Shown piece after piece: positions 16,242 to 24,886 of a stretch of 32,000 nt of DNA (its first letter is position 1; each line of letters starts with the position of its first letter). The notes under the pieces were generated by a model. The model was given only the letters and a program-made list of their open reading frames with translations. It did not search any database and was not told the origin of the DNA. This DNA is from Massilicoli timonensis (GTDB lineage Bacteria; Bacillota_I; Bacilli_A; Erysipelotrichales; Erysipelotrichaceae), in assembly GCF_900199515.1 (NCBI RefSeq), contig NZ_LT963433.1, positions 90,001 to 122,000 on the forward strand. The letters run 5' to 3'. The translations under genes were made by a program, and so were the position numbers.

Positions 16242-17813
16242 TTATCTTCTTACATCTACGCTTGTGCCTGATTTGAACTCCACTGTGACCTTTTCTTCGT
16301 AGACCGTTATTTTCTCAATCAGCCTGCGAACCAACTGCTCATCGTATTCGGTGATTTCCTGTGTCTGCTCCGAAAGGAACTGCTGCATCTCACTGATTCG
16401 CTGTTTCATCCCTTCACGCTCGGCATTGTCTACCAACGCATTCTGCTTTATTTCTCGAAGGTGGTAAATCTCATCTGCGATGCTGTCATAGTTGCCTTTG
16501 GCGTTGACCACCTTTAGAAGTTCTTTCTGTAGCTGCTCTAAACGGCTGTCAATCTCATCAAGTGGAATGCCATCTGCTCCGGTAAGCACTGCCTCTACAT
16601 TTTTCTGTAAGGTTTCGTTCATGGTTTCTTTTTTGCCAAGTGCCAGGTTTATGGCTCTGACCGTGAGGTTTTGAAGTTCCGACTCTTGAATGGTATCTGC
16701 ATCGCAGGCTCCCGGACCGTGTTCCACCCTGGTGCAGCAACGCCATACGATGGAATGTTTACCCCTGTTGTTCCATGCAATTCTACGGTAAATATCTCCG
16801 CATTTGGAACAGTACACGATGCTGGAAAGTGCGTACTTGCTGCTATACACACGCTTTTTCCTGTCTTGTCCGCTGTGGAGGTTGGCTCGTCTAATCATTT
16901 CTTCTTGCACCTGCATATAAAGGTCACGGGGGATAATGGCTTCGTGGCTGTTTTCCACATAATACTGTGGCACCAAGCCATTATTTGGCACACGTTTCTT
17001 TTCAAGGAAATCCACCGTGTAAGTCTTCTGAAGAAGTGCATCACCGATATACTTTTCATTCTTGAGGATTTTCTGCAAGGTTTCCGGTCGCCATTTCTTT
17101 TTTCCGGCACCCGTAAGAATACCGTCAGCCTCCAAGCCTCTGCCAATCTGCTGCAAACTTGCGCCCTCAAGGTATTCTCTGTAAATGCGTTTGACCACTA
17201 CCGCTTCATCGGGTTCAACAATCAGCTGCCCCTTTTCATCCTTGGTAAATCCAAGGAAACGGTTGTGGTTTACGGTCATTTGCCCCTGTTGGTATCGATA
17301 CTGAAATCCCAACTTCACGTTCTGGGAGAGGGACTGGCTTTCCTGCTGTGCAAGGCTCGCCATAATGGTAAGCAGAACCTCGCCCTTGGCATCCATCGTA
17401 TTAATGTTTTCCTTCTCGAAATATACAGGGATGTTCTTTTCTTTAAGCTGTCGGATGTATTTAAGGCAATCCAGTGTATTTCGGGCAAATCGGCTGATGG
17501 ACTTGGTAATTATCATATCAATTCTTCCTGCCATAGCCTCATCAATCATGCGATTGAACTCCTCACGCTTTTTGGTGTTCGTGCCTGTTATACCATCGTC
17601 AGCAAATATTCCGGCAAACTCCCATTCAGGGTTCTTTTTAATAAAATCGGTGTAATGCTCCACCTGAGCCTCATAACTGGTGGCTTGTTCATCACTGTCC
17701 GTGGAAACACGACAGTATGCAGCAACTTTCAGCTTCGGCTTTTCTTCTTTGTTTACGGTATTGCCGACACGTCTTCGTGCCGGAATCACTGTTATATTCT
17801 TAGTTACCTCCAT
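16242..17813 (-). CDS. Large serine recombinase
   Basis: 523-aa ORF. Resolvase catalytic motif [15 protein letters not shown]. Recombinase domain and zinc ribbon ([28 protein letters not shown]), then a coiled-coil C-terminus. RBS GAGGTGGAA. Confidence 0.9.
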   Translation of the reverse strand: MEVTKNITVIPARRRVGNTVNKEEKPKLKVAAYCRVSTDSDEQATSYEAQVEHYTDFIKKNPEWEFAGIFADDGITGTNTKKREEFNRMIDEAMAGRIDMIITKSISRFARNTLDCLKYIRQLKEKNIPVYFEKENINTMDAKGEVLLTIMASLAQQESQSLSQNVKLGFQYRYQQGQMTVNHNRFLGFTKDEKGQLIVEPDEAVVVKRIYREYLEGASLQQIGRGLEADGILTGAGKKKWRPETLQKILKNEKYIGDALLQKTYTVDFLEKKRVPNNGLVPQYYVENSHEAIIPRDLYMQVQEEMIRRANLHSGQDRKKRVYSSKYALSSIVYCSKCGDIYRRIAWNNRGKHSIVWRCCTRVEHGPGACDADTIQESELQNLTVRAINLALGKKETMNETLQKNVEAVLTGADGIPLDEIDSRLEQLQKELLKVVNAKGNYDSIADEIYHLREIKQNALVDNAEREGMKQRISEMQQFLSEQTQEITEYDEQLVRRLIEKITVYEEKVTVEFKSGTSVDVRR

Positions 17814-18234
17814 TCATTTCCACCTCGCTTTCTATCAAACTGTAGACGTATTCTGCCTGTCTGAATGGATTTTCAAATTGTTGTATCTGCTTTCCCATCG
17901 TAAAATGCAGGGGTGCAGAGGGCGTTTCCTTAACCTTTAATTCTCTGACCCTGCCAAGCTGATTTGCTCTGGATTGACGTTCCTCTTCCGCCTTATCGAA
18001 CAGTTCCTGATCTATAATGGCAGGATAATAATCATCACCAAGGTAATGGGTATTTCGTAGCATTCGCCCGGCACTACCGTGGAATATCTTCAAGCCTACC
18101 GTTTCGGCAGCCACTTTCAGTGCTTTGCCGGAAATATACTCTTTAAAGAAGGTTCTGACTTGCTCTGCCTGAATTTCATCCACCACAGCCTTGCCGTCCT
18201 CTATGCGATATCCGTAGGGAATATGTGCTGTCAT
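17800..18234 (-). CDS. Recombinase-domain-only protein (no resolvase catalytic domain)
   Basis: 144-aa [43 protein letters not shown] resembles the region just after the catalytic domain of large serine recombinases. It abuts the upstream stop and overlaps the downstream recombinase by 14 nt. Confidence 0.7.
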   Translation of the reverse strand: MTAHIPYGYRIEDGKAVVDEIQAEQVRTFFKEYISGKALKVAAETVGLKIFHGSAGRMLRNTHYLGDDYYPAIIDQELFDKAEEERQSRANQLGRVRELKVKETPSAPLHFTMGKQIQQFENPFRQAEYVYSLIESEVEMNGGN

Positions 18235-19797
18235 TTACATCACCAACCTTTCCGTTAAATTCAGACCGCTTTTCAAGTGGAACACAATCCGTTCCCTTGT
18301 TTCCACTGTAATGCTATCCACAAAGGCGAGGAACGTTTCATCCGAAAACTCTGTCAGCATCTCACCCTTTGAGGTAAAAGCCATCAATTTTTGCAGTTCC
18401 TTGATTTTGACCTTATCTCCGCCTACGGAATTCATCAACTGCTCCTTTTCCTGTCGCAGCTGTTGTTCTTCCACCACAAGGGCATTATTCTCTTTATTGA
18501 AAACTGCAGCTTCCAAGAACCCTGCTGCCATCAGGCTTGTAAGAGTCTGCTTTCGGTCAGTATTCTCCTCCATGCGGTTTTCCAGTTCTTGTATTCGGAG
18601 CAGCCTGTCCTTATCGTCCATACCACGTAGTGTTCGCAGGAGTGGTTTCAGCACGGCATTGTGACCATAGACCAGCTTGTTTATCAAGGTAAGGAAAGCC
18701 AGTTTAATGCCCTCATCGGAAATGTAGAGCATAGAGCAATTCTCTTTGCTTTCCAGGTGTGTTCCGCAAGTCCAAGCCACATAATCTCCACTCGGTTTGT
18801 AATGCTGCCTACGCTTGAAAGTGGCACCGCATTCTCCACACTTGATTTTGCCGGAGAAACAATATCTGTTCTGATATCTGTAAGTGTCAGTGCCGTTGCC
18901 TTTTTCCATCGCCCTTTGGTCGAGAACTGCACGAACCCTGTCAAAATCCTCGTGGCTGATAATCGGCTCATGATGGTTTTGACAAAGGAAACGGTCACGC
19001 TCGCCGTAATTGATGTGGCGATTAAAGCTGCTGTCACTGTAGGTTTTTTGAAAAATCACATCGCCCGTATACTTCTCGTTAGTAAGAATGGCGTTTACGG
19101 CTCCCGCACCCCACTTGCCATTCTTTTTGGTTTTTAGTCCTCTGGCATTCAGTTCCTTGGCAATGGCGTGTGTACCTTTTCCCGCAAGACAGGCTGCAAA
19201 AATCTCTCTTACCACTTCTGCCTGTTCCGGCACAATGACCATCGTGCCGTTATCGTTGTCATATCCGTAGGGTGGATAGGCAATGATGAAAGTGCCGTTC
19301 TGAAAGCGTCTTTGAACCGACCATTTGCTGTTTTCGGAAATGGACACCGATTCGCTTTCCGCCAGACTGCTCAAGATGGAAAGCATCAATTCACTCTCCA
19401 TCGAACCTGTGTTGATATTCTCTTTTTCAAAGAAAATGGAAATGCCCAGGTCTGTCAGTTTTCGCACCATCTCCAGGCAGTCTGTAGTATTACGGGCAAA
19501 ACGACTGATAGACTTGGTTATGATGAACTCAATCTTCCCATCCTCGCAGCCTGCAATCATGGAAAGAAGTCCGGCACGGACATCCTTCTTCGTGCCCGTG
19601 ATACCCTCGTCATAGTAAAGACCCACATACTCCCATTCATCGTTGGAACGGATGTAACTTTCGTAATGGGCCTTTTGTGCATCAAGGCTGATAAGCTGCT
19701 CGTCACTTGCCGTAGATACACGGCAGTAGGCAGCCACTTTTAATTTTTTCTTTTGAATCAGGGGTTCGTTTGCCCCGATTTTTGTTATCCTTTTCAT
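18235..19797 (-). CDS. Large serine recombinase
   Basis: Catalytic motif [15 protein letters not shown]. Zinc ribbon CGECGATFKRRQHYKPSGDYVAWTC. Coiled-coil C-terminus. I prefer ATG 19797 (GAGGTGAG 5 nt upstream; MKRITKIG...) over the track start at 19827, which has no RBS. Confidence 0.9.
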   Translation of the reverse strand: MKRITKIGANEPLIQKKKLKVAAYCRVSTASDEQLISLDAQKAHYESYIRSNDEWEYVGLYYDEGITGTKKDVRAGLLSMIAGCEDGKIEFIITKSISRFARNTTDCLEMVRKLTDLGISIFFEKENINTGSMESELMLSILSSLAESESVSISENSKWSVQRRFQNGTFIIAYPPYGYDNDNGTMVIVPEQAEVVREIFAACLAGKGTHAIAKELNARGLKTKKNGKWGAGAVNAILTNEKYTGDVIFQKTYSDSSFNRHINYGERDRFLCQNHHEPIISHEDFDRVRAVLDQRAMEKGNGTDTYRYQNRYCFSGKIKCGECGATFKRRQHYKPSGDYVAWTCGTHLESKENCSMLYISDEGIKLAFLTLINKLVYGHNAVLKPLLRTLRGMDDKDRLLRIQELENRMEENTDRKQTLTSLMAAGFLEAAVFNKENNALVVEEQQLRQEKEQLMNSVGGDKVKIKELQKLMAFTSKGEMLTEFSDETFLAFVDSITVETRERIVFHLKSGLNLTERLVM

Positions 19798-19859
19798 CAA
19801 CTCACCTCGCTTTTTGGGTAGTGACATATTCCCGTACTATTGCGGAAATATCAAGTCAT

Positions 19860-20075
19860 TTAGCCCATAATCTCCGCCAGAAAAGGGGAGAAAGTTTTGC
19901 GATTATAAGCCGATATTTTGTGGAATTCATCCACAGAAATCATGCCGAACATAAACATGGTTTCAAGCATCTGCTGTGCCCTGTAATAGTCAAATTCACG
20001 CTGCAATTCTTCCTGTGTGATTTCGTGTGCCACGGCATTGGGTATCTTAAAATTCTCAATTTGTCTTACTTCCAT
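19860..20075 (-). CDS. Small (71-aa) SHOCT-like protein heading the recombinase module
   Basis: ATG 20075 with GGAGGAA upstream gives MEVRQIENFKIPNAVAHEITQEELQREFDYYRAQQMLETMFMFGMISVDEFHKISAYNRKTFSPFLAEIMG. The track's 115-aa version starts inside terminator and hairpin sequence. Confidence 0.55.
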   Translation of the reverse strand: MEVRQIENFKIPNAVAHEITQEELQREFDYYRAQQMLETMFMFGMISVDEFHKISAYNRKTFSPFLAEIMG

Positions 20076-20163
20076 ATCAATTCCTCCAATCTGGGGGAAC
20101 GGTGGAAATGTTCCCCTCTGCCTATAAGCGAAAAGACCGGATAAATCGAACCCCCAAACGGGC

Positions 20164-20204
20164 AAAAAAATAATGCCCTCCAAGGAAAAATCCCCAAAGG
20201 GCAT
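20164..20204 (-). terminator. Rho-independent terminator after the lysis cassette
   Basis: Minus strand ATGCCCT...AGGGCAT (20204-20198 / 20179-20173) followed by TATTTTTTTG. It begins 5 nt after the endolysin stop. Confidence 0.6.
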
Positions 20205-20208
20205 CATC

Positions 20209-21153
20209 TTAGTTTGGAATCTTGAGTTTCCAACCGCTGTAAATCACGTTGGAAGTCAGTCCGTTCAGTTTTTTGATTTCAGTGTATCTGCTGCCTTTTC
20301 CGAGATACTGCACGGCAATATCCCAAAGGGTATCTCCCTTGACCACCGTGTGAACACGATAATCCGGCTCTGCCGTGCTGTCCGCAGGATAAATGGCAGT
20401 GCCGTCATTGGCAAAAACAAAAGTGCCGGGGTTCTTATCTGCCGTCGCCTTCGCATTGGAGAGAATACGATAAGCGCCCACCTGGGACTTGCTGTCCTTC
20501 CAGGTCTTACGCACACGGTAATAACCTGTGGTCAGCTTTTCTGGATAAGTCACCGTAGGTCCTGCAGGAGTTTCGTCTTTCTCCTCATCGGCTGTCGCCA
20601 GGAGTGCCTTGACCTCTGCACGGAAGGTATCCATGCTCTTGCCATGCTTTGGAAACCAGTGCATCACATCACCGTGGTTGGATGCAACGCCCTGTTTGTA
20701 TCCTTCGGAGTGGCAGATGATGTTCTGCTCGGTCAAGCCGTACTCCTTGCAGAGATAGGCACAAAGTTCAACGGCCTCACGGTACACCTTCTTGAAGTAG
20801 GCATAATCCGTAAGACCGTCCTCGCAGATTTCAAATCCGATATGTGTGTTGTTTGCACTGCCCCCGGCGTGCCATCCACGGTGATTCCAAGGGAGCGTTT
20901 GGTAAGTGGCAATCGTGCCATCAGCCAACTTGCCGATGAAAGCATGAACGCAGACCTCTCTACCGCCGGGATGGTAAGTATTCCAGTGATTGCCGTACTG
21001 GTTCTTGCCAAGCAGACCATCATCGGGTCCTACATAACGCTTGAGGTTCGGGTTATTTGCACCCATGGAATGAACCATGATGCCTTTAACCGTGATTTTT
21101 CTGCCTGCCTTGTAGCAGGCGTTTTCCGTTAAAATAAGTTTGCGTAAATTCAT
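20209..21153 (-). CDS. Endolysin: N-acetylmuramoyl-L-alanine amidase (Amidase_2/PGRP type) with a C-terminal LysM domain
   Basis: Amidase_2-type motifs (GIMVHSMGA..., WNHRGWHAGGSANNTHIGFEICE, CHSEGYKQGVASNHGDVMHW). C-terminal LysM (HTVVKGDTLWDIAVQYLGKGSRYTEIKKLNGL). Start taken at ATG 21153, 1 nt after the holin stop. Confidence 0.9.
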   Translation of the reverse strand: MNLRKLILTENACYKAGRKITVKGIMVHSMGANNPNLKRYVGPDDGLLGKNQYGNHWNTYHPGGREVCVHAFIGKLADGTIATYQTLPWNHRGWHAGGSANNTHIGFEICEDGLTDYAYFKKVYREAVELCAYLCKEYGLTEQNIICHSEGYKQGVASNHGDVMHWFPKHGKSMDTFRAEVKALLATADEEKDETPAGPTVTYPEKLTTGYYRVRKTWKDSKSQVGAYRILSNAKATADKNPGTFVFANDGTAIYPADSTAEPDYRVHTVVKGDTLWDIAVQYLGKGSRYTEIKKLNGLTSNVIYSGWKLKIPN

Positions 21154-21154
21154 G

Positions 21155-21574
21155 TTATTTGCCCTCGCTTTCCTTATTATCGCGGTCATGGAGCTGCTCC
21201 AGAATATCCTTCATCTTCTCCGGAATTGGCAAACCAAGGTGGGATGCGTTTTCCAAAAGGCTCACGCCCTCGTTGGAGAGATAGAAGAAAATAACCGCCG
21301 TTCTCAGTACGCTGCCGTCGCCGATGACATTGGCATCCAAGACGTGTGCGATTCCTACCATCGCAAAAATCAACACTTTTCGACAAATGCCCTTAAACCC
21401 GACCGAACTGGAGAGGTTCTTGTCCACAACAGCACACATGACTCCCGTGATGTAATCCACAACCACGAAAATAATCAATGCATAAAGCAGACCGTCAAAC
21501 CCGCCAAGAAACCAGCCGAGCCAACCACCAATGGCGGCAAAAATGATTTGAATGGTGTTCCATAAATCCTTCAT
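21155..21574 (-). CDS. Phage holin (holin_4_1 / toxin-secretion holin family)
   Basis: Start at ATG 21574 (GAGGA upstream) gives a 139-aa protein, MKDLWNTIQIIFAAIGGWLGWFLGGFDGLLYALIIFVVVDYITGV..., with three hydrophobic segments and a charged tail. It sits directly upstream of the endolysin. Confidence 0.85.
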   Translation of the reverse strand: MKDLWNTIQIIFAAIGGWLGWFLGGFDGLLYALIIFVVVDYITGVMCAVVDKNLSSSVGFKGICRKVLIFAMVGIAHVLDANVIGDGSVLRTAVIFFYLSNEGVSLLENASHLGLPIPEKMKDILEQLHDRDNKESEGK

Positions 21575-21650
21575 AGTAAAATCCTCGCTTTCATAAATTT
21601 TTTGATATACAAAAAGGGCGTCCACCACATGGCAGATACCCTTAAAGCCG

Positions 21651-24125
21651 TTATTCAGTTTGCTTGGGCAGCCACTCCCAGACTCGCATATCTTCCTGTC
21701 CAAGGGACCACATACACATCCCTCGAAGTTTCCATCGGTATGCTGCCTGGTTCGCCCAATAGATCAGGCTGTCCACATCCTGGTAATACAGAATGGAAAA
21801 GCCGTCCGAATCCCCAAGGAACAATCGTGAAATCCAAATGTTGATGTCCCTTGGGATGATTTTTGCCGTGTAATCATTCCCGCACTCAAGTGGCATGATG
21901 TGGGAATGGTAGAACTCATAGTCCAAGGAGATGCTTTCGCTTCTGGTAGAGGATTCCTCCACATCGGAAGTCAGCGTGAATACCTGGAACTCCTCATCCC
22001 AAGTGCAGTTGCTACGCTCAATCCTGCCGAAGGTAGTCTCCGTACCGTCCGGCATCACCACATCGAACCTCTCATACGGCTCATATGTCCAGGCATCACC
22101 CAGACGGAGCAATTGGCAGTTGATTTGGTTATCGGAACGGATGCCCGCATAACCGCCGCCACTGCTGACCGTTGCCGTGAATCTGAGCGTATTGGATGCG
22201 GAGGAATAAACACGCACCTTATTTCCACGCTTACGCATCTCAATGGTATAGACATTGGGATTGGTACGCAGGTCTGCTTTTGCTGTTTTGGAAAAATCCG
22301 TAGCGTAGCTACCTTTCAGCGTTGACCCCTCATACAGTTCAATGCATTGGCTGTCATAATTGAAACAGCAGAACAGCGAACCGAGGAACACACCCGCTTT
22401 GCCGCCACCATCTTCCGGGAAGATAATCTGCGCCCTCAAATGAATATCGGAAAAGCCGTTGTAGTTCCACGCAAGCTGACCGTAACCCTCAAGCTGTGAA
22501 TAAGGTCGGCTCGTATCACCATAGGGCAAATCCTCCTGCCACACATCCCACTCTCCGGAGAGAACCGTCCAGTAGCTTTCGGGGATTTTCTGTTCATCAC
22601 GGAAGTCCTCATACCAAACAAGTGCCGAGTCAGGCTTTCTGCGTAGCATCTCAAGGGTCAGCTTGAAGCCTGTGGCAGGACCCACCATATCACCGTTTAC
22701 ATCCTTGAACTTTCTCGGAGCAAGGGTGTATTCCGCTTGCCCTGCGGTCGGCTCCTCGGAGAAGTTAGTGCAAACCCTAAAGCCATAGAACTGAACACCG
22801 TTGACGCCAACTGAAATGGTCAGTGTATGCTCTCCGGCAGAAAGGCTCACACCCTTGGCAAGCGTAGTCCAGAAGGTAGTTCTCCAATACGACCACCAAA
22901 GCCTGTCCTCGGAGAAATGTACTGTGCTGCCATCCAACGATGCGTAGATGCTGTTTTTATCCCAAAACGGATAACAAAGGCGAATGGCAACATCGTAGAT
23001 GCCTTCTTCATCAATGGTGAACTTATAGGTGGCAGAACCCTCATCACCCAAAGTGACCAGGGTTTCAGACACAGAAACCACGCCGGAATAACTGTCCGGC
23101 TCGGCATTGTGGTCGATAATAATATCTCCGAACTCCGTCTTTTGCTGTTTAGCATAAGCCGTCAGATACCTTCTTCGGTTGTAGGTTTCCGACATCTGCG
23201 GATATTCCTTGTAAACGGCATCTCTGCCTTCCATATAGTCATACACATGAGGCAATGCCCATGGTCCCATATCGTAGTCATCCCAATAGGAAACGATAGG
23301 GATGAAAGGCTGCGGAGGTGCATCGTCCGTAAAGTTATACAGACCTTGCATCCAGTATTTCGCAGCGTAATAGGTGTGGGATGTACCACGATAATACTTA
23401 CCGAGGTTCTCCGGGGTATCGTAAATCTGCCAGTTCCATCCGTAGGCAGGCATACCAAGGAACACCTTGTCGGGGTTCATTACCTTGGTGGCATAATCGT
23501 AAATGCCCTCAAGCCAACTCCTCGGAGAAACAGGACCCGGAGCAGAACCCGACCAAGCCATACCGTAACTCATGATGGATGCAGTATCGCAATATTTATC
23601 CAGATCACCATATACGCACCAGTTCTCGCCACCGACCGAGCCGTTGACAGAAGTCATACCGGGAAGACAAATGTTCATCTCCTTGGTGGAGTCATAGGCT
23701 TTGACTGTTTCGTAGATGTGCTTGAACATTGCCGTAGACGCTTCGTGGGTGGAATAGCCATCTCCTTTTTCAAGGTCGATATCCACGCCGCTGCACCACG
23801 GGTATTTCTCCATGATACGGACAAGTTCCGAGCAGAAGGTGTCCTGTGCACCATCTGTGTTATCACGCAGAGCCTTGAAGATGCTGTTCGCACCGTCATT
23901 GGCAACGGTGAGTAGCCAACGGATATGTGGCCACTTATTGATATAGGTCAGCATATTGCTGATTGCCACACCGCTTTCGGTAATCGTTCCGGTCTTATCC
24001 ACCTTGAAGGAAAACAGACCAATGGTGTCGATACGGTCACCGTAATCGCGGAGAGCCTCATACATTCTGGAATTTCCCATGAAAGTCCACACCATGATGC
24101 GTTTGCCTTTTAATTTATCCCTCAA
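21651..24125 (-). CDS. Phage tail-associated protein with an N-terminal GH18-like glycoside hydrolase domain and C-terminal carbohydrate-binding-like domains
   Basis: 824-aa ORF. GH18-type catalytic strand WCSGVDIDLEKG (DxDxE) and SIMSYGMAW. The position between tail genes and the holin is typical of fibres or receptor-binding proteins. Start uncertain (TTG 24125 or ATG 24095). Confidence 0.7.
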   Translation of the reverse strand: MRDKLKGKRIMVWTFMGNSRMYEALRDYGDRIDTIGLFSFKVDKTGTITESGVAISNMLTYINKWPHIRWLLTVANDGANSIFKALRDNTDGAQDTFCSELVRIMEKYPWCSGVDIDLEKGDGYSTHEASTAMFKHIYETVKAYDSTKEMNICLPGMTSVNGSVGGENWCVYGDLDKYCDTASIMSYGMAWSGSAPGPVSPRSWLEGIYDYATKVMNPDKVFLGMPAYGWNWQIYDTPENLGKYYRGTSHTYYAAKYWMQGLYNFTDDAPPQPFIPIVSYWDDYDMGPWALPHVYDYMEGRDAVYKEYPQMSETYNRRRYLTAYAKQQKTEFGDIIIDHNAEPDSYSGVVSVSETLVTLGDEGSATYKFTIDEEGIYDVAIRLCYPFWDKNSIYASLDGSTVHFSEDRLWWSYWRTTFWTTLAKGVSLSAGEHTLTISVGVNGVQFYGFRVCTNFSEEPTAGQAEYTLAPRKFKDVNGDMVGPATGFKLTLEMLRRKPDSALVWYEDFRDEQKIPESYWTVLSGEWDVWQEDLPYGDTSRPYSQLEGYGQLAWNYNGFSDIHLRAQIIFPEDGGGKAGVFLGSLFCCFNYDSQCIELYEGSTLKGSYATDFSKTAKADLRTNPNVYTIEMRKRGNKVRVYSSASNTLRFTATVSSGGGYAGIRSDNQINCQLLRLGDAWTYEPYERFDVVMPDGTETTFGRIERSNCTWDEEFQVFTLTSDVEESSTRSESISLDYEFYHSHIMPLECGNDYTAKIIPRDINIWISRLFLGDSDGFSILYYQDVDSLIYWANQAAYRWKLRGMCMWSLGQEDMRVWEWLPKQTE

Positions 24126-24685
24126 ATCGACACACCCCCATCCGTCATCTGCTGCAACTCAAAAAGCACCCTGGCAGACTTACCGTCCTCCAAGGTAACT
24201 TTGTGCTTGGAATCCCAAGCGGCACTGTATTGATAAAAACCCTCTTTCGGCTCGGTCACACCATTCCTGGTGCATTCACGCACCGAAGCAAGCAGAGCCA
24301 AATCATCCTCCGCAGACAGAGCATTGGGGAATGTTACTCTTTGACCGCCCACACCCTGGGCAAGCTGTACCGAGCCTGCCGCCATATCGGATTTCGGATA
24401 GATATGGACATCCAAGCCGCCGGAGGTATCTCCCACATTGCAGATAATGACTGTTTCTTTGGAACGAACCACACCGTTGAACCATACCTTGGTATCTTCC
24501 TTAAGTCGACTCTCAGTATGTGGCACATAGCCTGTCAGTGCCGGTCCCTCTTGCAGTTGCAGGTCGGTAAACCAAATCGTGCCGGAGCAGTTGGTGACGG
24601 TAGGTTTCACCGTAACGCTCATGACACGCATATCCTGCTTTTTATTTATGACCTCTGCAAGACGGATGAATACAGGATTAGCCAT
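24122..24685 (-). CDS. Phage tail-region hypothetical protein (187 aa)
   Basis: ORF overlapping its neighbours by 4 and 8 nt within the tail module. Its N-terminal segment is paralogous to the preceding small ORF. Confidence 0.6.
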   Translation of the reverse strand: MANPVFIRLAEVINKKQDMRVMSVTVKPTVTNCSGTIWFTDLQLQEGPALTGYVPHTESRLKEDTKVWFNGVVRSKETVIICNVGDTSGGLDVHIYPKSDMAAGSVQLAQGVGGQRVTFPNALSAEDDLALLASVRECTRNGVTEPKEGFYQYSAAWDSKHKVTLEDGKSARVLFELQQMTDGGVSI

Positions 24686-24875
24686 CCAGCACCCACTTCA
24701 TCTCGCAGGGATGACCTACCCATCCCGTGGCTACAGAACCGGGCTGCAGCAAGAGGTCTGTGATATATAAAGTGCCTGTGCAGTCTGTAACGCACACACG
24801 CACCGTAATGGATTTTACTTTGGAGAAGTAGCTTTCCGGCGTAATCTTCTCCGAGGTTTTAGAAAAATAAGCCAT
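24678..24875 (-). CDS. Phage tail-region small hypothetical protein (65 aa)
   Basis: ATG 24875 with GGAGGTG upstream. It shares a 34-residue segment (18 of 34 identical by hand alignment) with the next ORF. Confidence 0.5.
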   Translation of the reverse strand: MAYFSKTSEKITPESYFSKVKSITVRVCVTDCTGTLYITDLLLQPGSVATGWVGHPCEMKWVLDG

Positions 24876-24886
24876 AAGCACCTCCA

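Noticed and set aside
16671-17864. 397-aa plus-strand ORF antisense to the large serine recombinase
   Set aside because: It lies entirely inside a minus-strand gene with unmistakable recombinase motifs. It has no RBS and a low-complexity translation with no motif, so it is a typical shadow ORF.
20094-20116. Possible third copy of the GATATGTTCCC junction repeat (the hairpin contains GTTCCCC and GGGGAACAT)
   Set aside because: Only 6-8 nt match and the orientation is ambiguous because of the palindrome. That is too weak to call an att core.
21575-21703. N-terminal extensions proposed by the ORF track (holin to 21703, gene 1 to 16153, small ORF to 20207, KilA-N to 10908, endolysin to 21189, recombinase to 19827)
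   Set aside because: In each case an internal ATG has a much better Shine-Dalgarno. The extension runs through a promoter, terminator or the upstream gene.
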